Shown piece after piece: positions 13,482 to 24,666 of a stretch of 64,000 nt of DNA. Under the pieces are notes generated by a model. The model had not been told where the DNA came from, searched no databases, and saw nothing but the letters and a program-made list of their open reading frames with translations. Position 1 is the stretch's first letter; each line of letters starts with the position of its first letter. Origin of the DNA: Eledone cirrhosa. Its lineage: Eukaryota. The position numbers and the translations under genes are program-made. Location of the stretch: the NCBI GenBank assembly GCA_964016885.1, contig OZ024740.1, positions 30,628,001 to 30,692,000 on the forward strand, read 5' to 3'.

Positions 13482-14597
13482 AAATCTAACCATCCTACCA
13501 ATATCAAGAATGCTATAGTTAATAATATTGGAAATAGAATATCTAACATATCTTCTAATAAAAACATCTTTGATGCTAACGCCAATTACTATAATAACGC
13601 ACTTTCTAAAGCCGGCTATCCAGATAAAATCAAATATAGTAAAGAAACAAATTCTAGAAAAACTTACAGTAGAATAATTAATCATGACCATTCCAATAAT
13701 TTTAATAAAAGACCTAGATACAAAAACATAATCTGGTATAATGCTCCTTTCTCCATCTCTATTAATAACAATATTCCTAAATTATTTTTTAGTGCCTTAA
13801 ATAAATGCTTCCCTCCCTCACATATCTATAGTAAAATATTTAACAAACACACCATCAAATTTTCGTATTCTACATCCTCCAATATTTCCAACATCATCTC
13901 TAAACACAACAATAAAATACTAAATACTAAATCTCTTCCTTCCAATATTGAATTTCATAATAACAGTAATAGTACTCCCGACGTCATTGTAAACCCTAGG
14001 CTAACTTCTGTAAACCCAAATACAACGTCAAACACAACTTCGCTAAATGTTCATAATCCAACTCTAAATCAAGAAACTATTATTCCTATTATTCCCATCG
14101 CAAACAACTTCTCCAATCCAATTCCTTTTATAGATAACACTAGATCACTCATTAATAATCTCTCTAATTGCAACTGCCGCATTAAAAATAAATGTCCTCT
14201 CAACAACCATTGTCTCGATAAAAACTTAATTTATGAATGTAAAATTATAACTAGCACCAATTCCTTCACCTATTTTGGCTCCACTTCCACCTCTTTTAAA
14301 GCTCGTCTCTATAATCATCATTCATCTTTCAAATACAAACTTAAAAGAACTAACACTGCTCTCTCAGAACTCATATGGTCCTTAAAAGACAAAAACATTA
14401 AATATACCATCTTTTGGAAGAAGATTTCTTCTGCATCCTCATACTTGAACAGCTCTCTATCTAAAATCTGTAATCTCTGCCTAAATGAAAAATTTACCAT
14501 TATCTCTAACCTAGATTCTATAATAAATAGACGCACAGATTTGTTTTCTATCTGCCTGCATAAATTCCATAGAACTTTTCACAAAGTATACAGTTAA
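13482..14597 (+). pseudogene. Naiad-type PLE C-terminal half (RT thumb, Cys linker, GIY-YIG); open frame with no start codon
   Basis: Hand translation: KSNHPTNIK...YYNNALSKAGY...IIWYNAPFS...CNCRIKNKCPLNNHC...LIYECK...TYFGSTSTSFKARLYNH...; stop TAA at 14595-14597; homologous to ORF 41336. Confidence 0.9.
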
Positions 14598-15616
14598 TAT
14601 TCAATTCTTTATCAATTTAGAATCTTTTCTCAAAGGCACATATACATACACCTCTTTAAAATATACCCATCTACCTTACTTTAAAGGGCATTATACACTC
14701 TATAATACTTGTTTACTCATTACCCTCATTCTATCTTCACCTTGTAAAATCATAACATATACATTTGTTGTTTTGACATTAAGAATATTCATCCGCAATC
14801 ATTATTATTTTTTCTCTCTATCATAAATCTTTTTAATCTCAATTTCATCCTTAATTTATTATTATTTTTTTCTCCCCATCAACGAACTCATTATTAATAC
14901 ATATCAACTCTTTATTCGCATATATTATCAATTCCTTCAATATACAAACTTTAACTTTACATTATTTTTCTCAAATCCTTCTACACACAAACCTTAATAA
15001 TTTTTCTCTTCGTTAATTTTGAAATTGCCACAATACATACATTTCTTTTTTTGACGTTAGAATATTCATCCACAATTATTATTTTTTTCTCTCTATCTTC
15101 ATACATAATTTCCCTTCGTTAATTTTCAAATTCCTTTAATTTATACATTATCTTCCAACGGTTCCCAACCTCTCTATGTTAAAACAATATATCTTTTTCT
15201 CAGTTATAAAAACTATCTCTTTCTCTCTATCACCCATCTCTCCCTCTCCACCTTCACTCTCATCTCCTCCCCCTTTTTTTTCATCCTTTCCCCCCCCCTC
15301 CCTAAATAAAATATTTTTTCCTCGCACATATCCTCCCTTCGTTAATTTTCAAAATTTTTAATTTATACATTATCTTCCAACGGTTTTCAACCTCTCTATG
15401 TAAAACAATATATCTCCTCTCAGTTATAAAAACTATCTCTTTCTCTCTATCACCCATCTCTCCCTCTCATCTCCTTCCCTTTTCATCCTTTCCACCCCCC
15501 CTCTCTAAATAAAATATTTTTCCCAATATCACACATCAATCTAAAACCACTTTTCATATGTTGATTTAAAACTGCACTATCCACAAGTGTTTTTTAGCCT
15601 TCATATCATGTTCTCC

Positions 15617-15687
15617 TATTGTATCTGATGAAAACACAAATATTATTGCATGATGATGTTTGTTTTTGAAATGCGCATAATAAAATA
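15617..15687 (+). ncRNA. Hammerhead ribozyme in PLE pseudo-LTR
   Basis: tattgtat-CTGATGA-long stem II-GAAAT-gcgc-ATA-ataaaata. Confidence 0.8.
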
Positions 15688-15717
15688 CATGGAACTCCTT
15701 TAACCATCTTTTGATCT

Positions 15718-15809
<92 letters not shown>

Positions 15810-15860
15810 CAGGAAAGAGAGTGACACTGTTTGCTATACAAAAAAGGTTTTTAATCTCAT

Positions 15861-15966
15861 TGCTGACAATTGTTTCTCTGAACTGGTAGGTCTAGAGATC
15901 GCTATCCGCTTATTTTCACGTTACTCGATCGCCAATACAAAGTTATAACCAGTCAGTTCATCGGAG
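15861..15966 (-). ncRNA. Hammerhead-like motif, family D (CCGATGA core)
   Basis: CCGATGA-a-ctgactggt...accagttcag-a-GAAAC-aatt-GTC-agca; homologues at 17152-17257(+) and 61899-62006(-). Confidence 0.55.
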
Positions 15967-16339
15967 TTCTATACTACACTAATGTCTGTAAGTACCTCAT
16001 CAACCCATAAACATATCTCTTCTCAGCTGCTGTCATCACTTGATCCTAAATCCAAGAACATTTCAAAATACTACTACAACAGAACTTTACCTTCCTCCTG
16101 CTATAATTATAATCAGCATGTTTTCTCTTTATATGTATGTATGTGTGTGTGTATATATATATGTTTGTGTGCATGTGTGTATATATATATATCCGCTTCG
16201 TGTCGCTATGATACTTCATCAGTCAAAAACTGCTGGAATTTCAAATTTGGCGGTCATTCGAGGTGAGAGAGAGCAACTTTACGGACATGATTTTTGACAG
16301 CGGTAAGAAATTGTTTTCTTATATCAATGTTTAATGGGC

Positions 16340-16465
16340 TTCCACTGATGATTTATAAGTGCCCACCTAAATATATTCTTACATGAATATATATTAGGCT
16401 TCTACATAAACTGGAAACATTCTCCCAAACTTGTAGAAAACTTATAATGAAACAATTGTTTGGAA
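16340..16465 (+). ncRNA. Hammerhead ribozyme, family F, 97-nt stem II
   Basis: ttcca-CTGATGA-t-ttataagt...acttataa-t-GAAAC-aatt-GTT-tggaa; covaries with 30853-30934. Confidence 0.85.
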
Positions 16466-17094
16466 AGAGAGATATACTTTAACTTTAATTATATCTCATA
16501 AAATAATACAACTGGTTTTTCCACATTATACATATTGTTAGCACCCCAAACACTTAAATTGGGTTTATATTTTAATATAACCTAATGTTTGTTGAGTGAG
16601 ATGGATACCAGTCAGAGTTTAGCTTTAAACTATCTCTGTTATTGTATTATATATATATATAGAGGCTAAGGAGGCTATATATATATATATATTGCCTCCT
16701 TAACCTCTGTATTAACTTACCCATTATTTAGCTTCTTTGTTAATGTTGTCTTATACATGTATGTTATTGATGATGAGAAAGCTAGACAGCCATCTCATCT
16801 AATATAGACCACACAAATACCACTACAGTGATAAATCCTTCATCTGTCAGATAAAAACCGACTATTACGGCCACCTGACCTACATTGTTTAAAGACACCA
16901 GCTTATCTTTACACTAGATATAATACACCCTACAACAGTTTTTACATGTCAATTTTATACATCTACCTCATGTCAGCGAGTTTTACACGCTAAAATCGTA
17001 GATATACTATACTTCACACCTAGATTGATGTGATTATCTCAAATAATTTATTGCTAGCATTGTTGATATTGTTCTGACTGAATGCTATTACTAC

Positions 17095-17483
17095 TACATA
17101 TAGTAGCCTGTATATTCTTTTCATGCCTGTATATTCTTTTCATTCTCGCAAGCTCCAATGAACTGACTGGTTATAACTTTGTATTGGCGATCGAGTAACG
17201 TGAAAATAAGCGGATAGCGATCTCTAGACCTACCAGTTCAGAGAAACAATTGTCAGCAATGGGATTAAAAACCTTTTTTGTATAGCAAACCGTATCACTC
17301 TTCTTTCCTGATTTATTATTACTCCAAGTGTTTACAACATAGGAATTACAGCGTACTCGCAGCATCACTATGGAAACGCCTTGTTGAGTCAAACTTAGCC
17401 AAGCGTTGATACCATCCACTACTCGGAGTACCCTAACTGGACTACACCTAAGTGGACTACCTATAACAATAATTTGTTACCCC

Positions 17484-17485
<2 letters not shown>
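17095..17485 (+). repeat. Family D pseudo-LTR-like repeat (HHR core mutated to CCAATGA)
   Basis: Inverted partial copy at 15806-15966; reverse copy at 61674-62066; ends in (TA)n. Confidence 0.75.
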
Positions 17486-17545
<60 letters not shown>

Positions 17546-17711
17546 TATATTATATTTAGAGATTAAACTCATAGTCGTTTACAATTAATCAGCTCAAAGA
17601 AAGAGGCATTTCTGAGCAGTGAAATACAAGTTATATATTAATATATGTGATAAACACAAAACGTGTTTGTATTGTAAGAGACAAAGTTAGCTAGCATGAA
17701 ATAAACTAATC

Positions 17712-20441
17712 ACAAATTTTTCCCAATAGAGAGAGAGTCGGTTTCTAACATAGACACAAGACTCTCTCATTGTAATTTACACATCAACTAGGTAGATATA
17801 TCTGTATGCATGTGTAGATATGGATGTTATTGTATGTGTGGATGTGAATGTTTTGAGTTGTATGTGTGCATGTGTACATGCTTTGTATCTGTACATGTGT
17901 CTATGCAGTTATTAGATGCAAAATGTTTCGAATGTTTTACATATTTTTACTGTTCCATTAATGGATTGTACTTGTAATTTCCTAACTAGTTGTGTTCTTT
18001 CTGTTCCTGTGAAGCCTAGCTTCTCAAGATTTGTATTGAGGCAGTTACTAACATACCCCAGTGCCCCAATAACCACAGGCATAAATAAAGGTGTAATCAG
18101 GGTGGACTATCTGCAGATTTCTCATCAGTTCTGCATAAATATTCTCCTTTTCGCCAATCTTTGATATCATATTGGCATCTGCTGGGCAGCTAATTTCCAC
18201 TACTGTGCATGTTTTCTTCTCCCTGTCCCATATCATAATATCTGGTCTGTTATGCCTGCATTTTATTGGGGTTTTTACTCAAACATTCCACCAGTACTCT
18301 TTCGTATTATGTATATGGATATCTTCCACATTGCTGTAGCTTTTAATGTGTTTATTATCGGGGCTATCTTTTTTACGAACTGCATTGTACAGTGTTTTGG
18401 CCACTACATCATGCCTCATAGGTAGATAGTACCGCGATGACATCTTTGGACAGCTGCTGATGACATGGGTGACATCTTCGATGTTAATTCTGCAGAGTCT
18501 GCACTTGTTATCACATCTAGGTGTTTTGCCTGCATCCCTATCTCTTTTGTGAATTAGGTATTTCGTGTTAATTTCCTGTTCTTGGATTGCAAAAGCGGAT
18601 CCTTCAAAGTGGGAGCCAATATAGCGGTTGTTGGTCCAAGATAGACTACTTTCCTTATCTATATTACCCTCACTCTGGAGATTCCTGGCAACATATCCAT
18701 GCATGATTTTTTTGCTGATAAGCATGCAGTTTTTCATCCATGGATTCACTGCGATACTGCTGAGTGACTTCCCTGGATGTGAGTTTTTGATTATCACACA
18801 GGGAATATCTCTCGAGGTGTTCCTTCCCAACTCTCATGATCTTATCTGTTTCATGCAGATAGACTTGCTTGAGAGACGTGCTCCTACGCTTCGAGGTTCG
18901 TAGATGTTGTCGGAGGGATATGATGCGACATTCAAATGCTGTCTGAACTGATGTTAGGCCTCTGCCTCCCTGCTTACGTTTCAAGTAAAGGCGGTCTATG
19001 TCACTGTTGATGTGGAATTTCCGGTATTGTTTAGTATTTTTCGAGTTCTAACATCAGTTGCTCGGATTTCGTCTATCGTCCAATTGAGTATTCCAAACGT
19101 TGGTGTTAGGACAGGCACAGCAAACACATTGTGAGCCACTGTTTTGTTTTGCGCAGAGAGTTCCGATGACCATATCTTTTTCAATCGGGTGTAGTATTCC
19201 CTGATTACGCGTTCCTTATTACATATACCATTATAGGATATGTTCTCATCTATCCCCAGGTATCTGTAGCAGTCTTCATCAGATATCGGTGAAACAGTTA
19301 GGCCATTAATGACGATGTTGCTAGATAGAGTTGTTGTTTTTCCCCGCTTTACAGCCATATATGAGCATTTATCTTGGCCAAACTCCATTCCTATATCCTT
19401 TGGGAACGTTGTAACCAAGTCAAGATTTTTCTTCATCCCATCCATGTTCTTGGCATAGAGTTTCAGATCATCCACAAAGAAATTATGGGTTAAGTTCGTA
19501 TTTCTGTCCTTCTGTGAGCCAATGATGTATCCTTCACATTTCTTGAGCAGAAAGGACAAGGGGTTTAATGACAGGATGAATAATATCACAGAGAGGCTGT
19601 GATACACAAATATACCCCTGCGATATTTTATTTTATCAGTGAAAATAGAGTCCTCCTTCTCTGTCTTTAACTTTAGGATAGTAGCCCAAGAAGAAGACAG
19701 TTTCTCTATGGCTCTAATAATAATTGTTTCTACTTTAGGCACAAGGCCAGCAATTACCCAGTGCATTACTGATACTTTATTTTATCGACCCCGTAAGGAT
19801 GAAAGGCAAAGTAAACCTCGGCGGGATTTGAACTCAGACCGTAAAGGGACGTAACTATGCTGGAAGGCATGGCGTCCGACTCTCTACCGATACTGCCAAT
19901 CCACCGCTCTATGGCTCTGATAATAATGTCTGGGACTTTAGCAAGTTGGGGGGCCTCTATCATCCAAGAGTGGGGAACAGAATCGAAAGCTTTCCTGTAG
20001 TCCAGCCAGACTGTAACCATATACATCCTAAGTTGTCGCACATCCGACATCGCAGTTTTGTTGATTAGGAGTTGTTCAGCACATCCCCAAATCCCTTCCT
20101 TTCCAGCTGCTTGTTCATCTGTGATGATGTTATTATTTTCACAGTGATCTTGGAGGAATAGGTTCAGGCAGGCTGTATACATCGTATACATCAGGTTCTG
20201 GCATGCAATGGGTCGGTAGTGTTTTGCCAAGTGGGTATCTTTGTTCTTGAGGACCAGTAATGTTTGTGCTAATGTCAACCATTCTGGTATAAGTATTACT
20301 CCCTTAAAAACTTGTTGGTAGAGGTCAGTAAAATACCTCCGATAGAATATCAGTTTTTTGTACCAGTAGCCGACTATCATGTCTCTTCCTGGTGTTTTCT
20401 TATCTTGGAGTTTTCCTATCACAGTCTCAAGGGTACCCTCA
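17712..20441 (-). mobile_element. R4/Dong-like non-LTR retrotransposon (RT + CCHC + restriction-like endonuclease), 5'-truncated, frameshifted
   Basis: YRPIAC, WLDYRKAFDSVPH, FVDDLKLY, CRLC..HVISSC..RHD and RPD..VEISCP motifs. Confidence 0.9.
19716..19906 (-). mobile_element. Nin-domain SINE inserted into the R4 RT
   Basis: TSD ctctatggctct at 19704-19715 and 19907-19918. Confidence 0.9.
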
Positions 20442-20550
20442 CTTATGTATGTATGTATGTATGTATGTATGTATGTATGTATGTATGTATGTATGTATGT
20501 ATGTATGTATGTATGTATGTATGTATGTATGTATGTATGTATGTATGTAT

Positions 20551-21158
20551 GTCAGGTCACCAGCTGGTACTACTGGTAACATGTATCCCAGTACAACCTA
20601 TCTCATGGTCGGGTCGTTGGCGACTAAACTGGCAACCCCACCAAGGTTTCTTGGTGAGGAGGGTGACTTTAGACATCCTGCAGGACTAAAAACAAAACTT
20701 GTCAAAGGGCAAAGGAGCTCTTAAGAGTCAATGGCCATCCAAAATCACCGGGAGAGATGACCCCTTAGCCTTTGTCAAGGCAGAATTCTAGGAGAAGGAA
20801 AACTCTGATATAACACCTGCAACCCTAATGGTATCCAATGATGTTGACTTGTTCTTCTTTTTGGTAAATATCATCTTGGTTAAGAGAGTGGGACTGGTTT
20901 TGTGCAGTGCCTTTGCTCACTATAAAAGCTTCACGGCACAAGCAGTGCTTTATATCTGGAGATCTCTCTGCACTTGTCGTCATATGGTACCATGGGCCTA
21001 GCACTATGTGTCAATAATTGTCACAAGTGTAGTGTTTGTACCAGAGTTTTCAAGTCGCTGGCTGGACTAAAAAGTCACACTTGTTTAGCGCATCAGTAGG
21101 GGTTCTCCTACATGGATATAAAGTAGTGGCCGTACTCGAAAACGAGTTGGCAGCCACC
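20551..21158 (+). mobile_element. Non-autonomous bipartite RTE derivative (5' UTR + 3' end) with (ATGT)n tail
   Basis: RTE-like 5' motif ctaggagaaggaaaactctga; C-terminal C2H2 [17 protein letters not shown]; 3' hairpin actcg-aaaa-cgagt; fixed 3' end, variable 5' ends across copies. Confidence 0.7.
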
Positions 21159-21232
21159 ATGTATGTATGTATGTATGTATGTATGTATGTATGTATGTAT
21201 GTATGTATGTATGTATGTATGTATGTATGTAT

Positions 21233-21779
21233 GTCGTTGGCGACTAAACTGGCAACCCCACCAAGGTTTCTTGGTGAGGAGGGTGACTTTGGACATCCTG
21301 CAGGACTAAAAACAAAACCTGTCAAAGGGCAAAGGAGCTCTTAAGAGTCAATGGCCATCCAAAATCACCGGGAGAGATGATCCCTTAGCCTTTGTCAAGG
21401 CAGAATTCTAGGAAAAGGAAAACTCTGATATAACACCTGCCACCCTGATGGTATCCAATGATGTTGACTTGTTCTTCTTTTTGGTAAATATCATCTTGGT
21501 TAAGAGAGTGGGACTGGCTTTGTGCAGTACCTTTGCTCACTATAAAAGCTTCACGGCACAGGCATTGCTTTATATCTGGAGATCTCTCTGCACTTGTCAT
21601 CACATGGTACCATGGGCCTAGCACTATGTGTCAATAATTGTCACAAGTGTAGTGTTTGTACCAGAGTTTTCAAGTCGCTGGCTGGAGTAAAAAGTCACAC
21701 TTGTTCAGCGCATCGGTAGGGGGTTCTCCTACATGGATATAAAGTAGTGGCCGTACTCGAAAACGAGTTGGCAGCCACC
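21233..21779 (+). mobile_element. Second, 5'-truncated copy of the RTE derivative
   Basis: Near-identical to 20613-21158. Confidence 0.75.
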
Positions 21780-21796
21780 ATGTATGTATGTATGTT

Positions 21797-22095
21797 CTTC
21801 TGGTTTTATAATTTCACAAATTTTTGCCAATAGTGAGAGAGTCGGTTTCTAACATCGATACAAGACTTTCTCATTGGAATTTACTCAACATCAACTAGGT
21901 AGATATGTATGTATGTCTGCATGTGTAGGTATGGATGTTATTGTATGTGTGGATGTGTATGTTTTGAGTTGTATGTGTGCACGCTTTGTATCTGTACATG
22001 TGTATATGCAGTTATTAGATGCACAATTTTTCGAATGTTTTACATATTTTTACTGTTCCATTAATGGATTGTACTTGTAATTTCCTAACTAGTTG
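21797..22095 (-). mobile_element. R4-type LINE 3' end fragment
   Basis: QLVRKLQVQSINGTVKICKTF plus UTR matching 17712-17995. Confidence 0.75.
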
Positions 22096-22331
22096 TGGAT
22101 GTATGCATGCATGCTGCCTCTTTCTCTTATTTTTTCCCACAGGCAAGGTTGTAAAGAAAAGAGCATTTTCGCAGTGACTTGTACAATCGTTCATCATTTG
22201 AATTGTAAGAGTGTTGTACAGATTCTGAATGATTCCAGATATCATGGCCATTTGTAGCTTATGAATTAAGGAGCTGCATTCTTAACCCACAAATTCAAAT
22301 CCATGTGGTTTGGTATGCATCCTGTAGTTCC

Positions 22332-22905
22332 AATAATAATGATTTCTAGTATAGGCACAAGGCCAGTAATTTTGGGGGAGGGAAAAGTTGATTAAATCGA
22401 CCCCAGTACGTTACTCATGATTTATTTTAGCAACCCCTTAAGGATGAAAGGCAAAGTTAACCTCGACGGGATTTGAACTCAGACCGTAAAGGACCGTAAC
22501 TCTATGCTGCAAAGCATGGTGTCCGACTCTCTACCGATACTGCCAATCCACCGCCATTGTGGTTCCAATAATAATGGTTTCTTATATAGGCACAAGACCA
22601 GTAATTTTGGTGGGAGGGAAAAGTCGATTAAATTGACCCCACTGCGTGACTGGTACTTTATTTTATCGACCCCGTAAGGATGAAAGGCAAAGTTAACCCC
22701 CATGGATTCGAATAATAATAATTGTTTCTATTTTTGACACAAGGCCAGCAATTATCCCAGTACGTTACTGGTACTTTATTTTATCGACACCTTAAGGATG
22801 AAAGACAAAGTTAACTTCGGCGGGATTTAAGCTCAGAACATAAAGGGCTGTAACTCTGTACTGGAAAGCATGGCGTCCGACCCTCTACTGATACTGCCAA
22901 TCCAC
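22332..22905 (-). mobile_element. Cluster of three Nin-domain SINE copies
   Basis: Copies at about 22332-22557, 22566-22700 and 22711-22905. Confidence 0.8.
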
Positions 22906-23284
22906 TATAATAATAGGAACTAAGTTCAATGTGTATCTTTGGTACTGGATCTACAACTTTCTCATCGACGATGCGTAGGTATCCTCTGCCTCATATATTT
23001 ATCTTACTACAATGACAGCTTGACAGCTGTCCTCCTCAACAGAGCATCTCTGTAATGTGCACCCTTCCTTCGCACCAAAACAACGTTGGTTGTGTCTGAA
23101 TTTGGTGGTGGTTTAAATTTATAGCCTCCATAAATATTCTTTCGAATATATCATGCATGTATGTATGTATGTATGTACGCACGTACATATGGATGTGTGT
23201 ATATATGTATGAAAGTATTTATATATGTATGTATATAAATATGTATATATATGTACGTCGTATATGTATATTGTGTGTATATGA

Positions 23285-23345
<61 letters not shown>

Positions 23346-23348
<3 letters not shown>

Positions 23349-23427
23349 TGGGTTGTCAAGTATGAAATTTGTAGACATTTGGGTTTTTTCAAAAAATTTC
23401 TACAAATTTCATACTTGACGATCCAAT
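23346..23427. repeat. Short inverted repeat between microsatellites
   Basis: tattgggttgtcaagtatgaaatttgtaga ... tctacaaatttcatacttgacgatccaata. Confidence 0.8.
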
Positions 23428-23584
23428 ATATATATATATATATATATTAGAAAGTGAGGTTTTTTTTACAAAATGAAAAATAACCGAGGTGTCCTACACG
23501 AGTGGAAGTATAAAGAAAAAGGGATGAAATCGAAAATGCAACTGAAGTCTTATTTTTTTTAAAAATATATATATTTATTTGGTT

Positions 23585-23622
23585 CCTTTACCGGTTTCGC
23601 AGTTCTTCTGCTTTTCAAAAGG
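23585..23622 (-). ncRNA. Minimal hammerhead with U3-A8 core
   Basis: cctt-TTGAAAA-gcag-aagaa-ctgc-GAAAC-cg-GTA-aagg. Confidence 0.8.
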
Positions 23623-24140
23623 TGAGTTGAGATGGAGGGTCTGTGGTTTTTCTCACATCTGGTTGGTCTCTAAATGTTACTTGTTTTATATGGAAAAAGT
23701 GGCTCGAAAGCCAGGTTTTTCGAGAAGTAATTTGATTGGTTTGTCAATAATTATAATAAATTTCGCGCCAGTTCGCGTTACAATAGTTCTTCAAATAAGA
23801 GAGGGGGGGGGGGGGGGTTGTCACAGGTTGTTTTTTCATATATGAGTGTTTGAATTTCTTTTTACTTGAAAAAATGAGGCTCACGAAGGCTTTTTTTTGG
23901 TTGGTTATAAATGAAATTTGGCTGTCACGTGAACAAGTTTTCATTACATTTTTGCGCCCTTATTTGGAAAACTATTCTGTAGTCTTTATAGTGAATATTA
24001 TGACAATGGAGAGATAGTGGTCAAGGGAAAAGGGATTGGGAGAAATGTTCTGGTTCAGTGAATATGGCCAGCTGTCAGAGTTCAGGTGTCAGAGTTCAGA
24101 TTTTCTATTGAGACTGAAGATATGTGTTTATTTGTGTGCT

Positions 24141-24171
<31 letters not shown>

Positions 24172-24666
24172 ATGTGTGTATTGGAAGATGATTCTATTAG
24201 TAGAGATGGGGGAGGGAGTTGTGTGTGTGTGTATATGGGTGTTATGTGTGTGTGTGCGAGTATGTTAGATGGAGAGAATATATATTTTGTGTGTGTGTAT
24301 ATATATATGTGTGTAGGAAAGTGGTTCTATTAGTAGAAATGGGGAGGGTGTTGTAGGTGTGGGGGTTGTTATGTGTGTGTATGGGTGTTATGTGTGTGGG
24401 AGTATGGTTAGCATGTTAAGATGAAGAGAATATATATATATATATATATATATATTGTGTGTGTGTGTATGTGTGTGTGTAGGAAAATGATTCCTTTAGT
24501 AGGAATATTTTTGAATGAACATATTTTCCTGACTTTTTCGTGTTTGCTGTTGTATTGCCAGTGCAAACGTATGTTAAGGTTTATTTAGTTCGGGTTTTTA
24601 TTTTCTAAAGTAGAAGGTGTTATGTGTGTGTGTGTATGTCATATTGTGGTGTTGACATAATGTATA

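Larger units (their letters stand above)
12672..15722 (+). mobile_element. 5'-truncated Naiad-type PLE with inverted pseudo-LTR
   Basis: 12763-13484 is the reverse complement of 15001-15722; both outer ends abut (TA)n. Confidence 0.9.

Noticed and set aside
18996-20422. ORF ends MHWVIAGLVPK... and ...FHPYGVDKIKYQ as part of the RT
   Set aside because: They are translations of the inserted SINE (19716-19906).
21123-21158. Hairpin read as a minus-strand 5' HDV ribozyme of the R4 element
   Set aside because: Cannot form P3 or P1.1; the fixed end, tail and upstream C2H2 peptide fit a plus-strand RTE 3' stem-loop.
22110-22260. Possible host exon after a polypyrimidine tract and CAG (22142)
   Set aside because: No recognisable peptide, clear donor site or partner exons.
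22915-23150. Possible coding remnant on the minus strand
   Set aside because: Stop codons interrupt the minus-strand frames and I recognise no motif.
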